From positions 1 to 48,656 of IMG/VR virus record IMGVR_UViG_2534681762_000009: DNA of 48,656 nucleotides; one strand, given 5' to 3'. This DNA comes from a virus (Duplodnaviria > Heunggongvirae > Uroviricota > Caudoviricetes). The position numbers and the translations under genes were made by a program. The notes under the pieces were generated by a model. It was not told where the DNA came from, searched no databases, and saw only the letters and a list, made by a program, of their open reading frames with translations. Positions 48,102-48,656 of this stretch are shown in pieces; position 1 is the first letter of the stretch, and each line of letters opens with the position of its first letter.

Positions 48102-48371
48102 ATGCTGCCGCAGCATAGCGATATTGAAATAGCCTGGTATGCTTCGATACAGCAGGAGCCGAATGGCTGGAAGACCGTCACCACACAGTTCTACATCCAG
48201 GAATTCAGTGAGTATATTGCGCCACTGCAGGATGCTGTAGATCTGGAAATCGCAACGGAGGAAGAAAGATCGTTGCTGGAGGCATGGAATAAATATCGGG
48301 TATTGTTGAATCGTGTTGATACATCAACTGCACCTGATATTGAGTGGCCTGCAAATCCTGTCAGGGAGTAA
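48102..48371 (+). CDS. Second Tfa-like C-terminal domain protein (possibly truncated paralogue)
   Basis: 89-aa ORF whose C-terminal 60 aa are near-identical to Tfa C-terminus (IAPLQDA(A/V)DLEIATEEE…[15 protein letters not shown](T/A)NPVRE). Confidence 0.55.
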   Translation: MLPQHSDIEIAWYASIQQEPNGWKTVTTQFYIQEFSEYIAPLQDAVDLEIATEEERSLLEAWNKYRVLLNRVDTSTAPDIEWPANPVRE

Positions 48372-48374
48372 TCA

Positions 48375-48656
48375 TTGGGATTATGCCGCAGACACGTCGT
48401 ATGCAGGAACGTGCTGCGGTTAGTTTGTGAGCTTTCGATAGTGGTTGTTATTTTTGCCCTTATTTGTTCCGGAGGCCATGGTTCAATGGTCCGTCTGCCC
48501 CCTGTGGTGATGTCAGCAAAATCAGCCACTGCGCGAACCACAATAGCCCGGGAAGATGCTGAAGATCACCAGGTAAAGCTATCAGCGCAGAAACTGGAAG
48601 AACTGCTCGCATCAATGGTTAAGGATGAGGTTGATCGCAATGATGGGATTTATTGA
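48375..48656 (+). CDS. Hypothetical ORF at window end
   Basis: 93-aa ORF ending with stop at 48654-48656; no recognisable motifs; real start uncertain. Confidence 0.2.
   Translation: MGLCRRHVVCRNVLRLVCELSIVVVIFALICSGGHGSMVRLPPVVMSAKSATARTTIAREDAEDHQVKLSAQKLEELLASMVKDEVDRNDGIY

Noticed and set aside
1-48656. CRISPR arrays or insertion sequences
   Set aside because: No regularly spaced short direct repeats with unique spacers and no transposase-like ORFs or terminal inverted repeats were seen; repeats present are iterons, operators, duplicated terminators and the tfa duplication

Overview
This window reads as a near-complete lambdoid prophage of an enterobacterial host (E. coli-like), laid out in prophage order: integrase/excisionase at the left end, an early-left operon carrying a DicF sRNA and a DicB-like gene, a repressor/cro-like immunity switch with palindromic operators, a replication gene with embedded iterons, a nin-like block (Hok toxin, RusA, Q-like antiterminator), a DPPY DNA methyltransferase, two tRNAs plus a truncated third, a NanS-p-like esterase, the lysis cassette, cosN, and a lambda-like head and tail module (Nu1, A, W, B, C, D, E, FI, FII, Z, U, V, G/T, H, M, L, K, I, J, Lom, Stf, Tfa). 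No stx genes sit at the position where Stx phages carry them. Calls rest on reading the ORF translations and DNA motifs directly; no database search was run, so family names are recollection-based and the novelty of any candidate cannot be confirmed here. The strongest candidate for an undescribed system is an AT-rich convergent two-gene cassette (21424-23053) between the lysis genes and cos, one gene with a PD-(D/E)xK nuclease-like motif. Other accessory loci worth follow-up are an XRE/ImmA-type pair bracketed by a duplicated terminator, an antisense AT-rich ORF at the empty stx locus, a SAM-methyltransferase between duplicated tfa 3' ends, and a side tail fibre gene broken by an in-frame amber codon.
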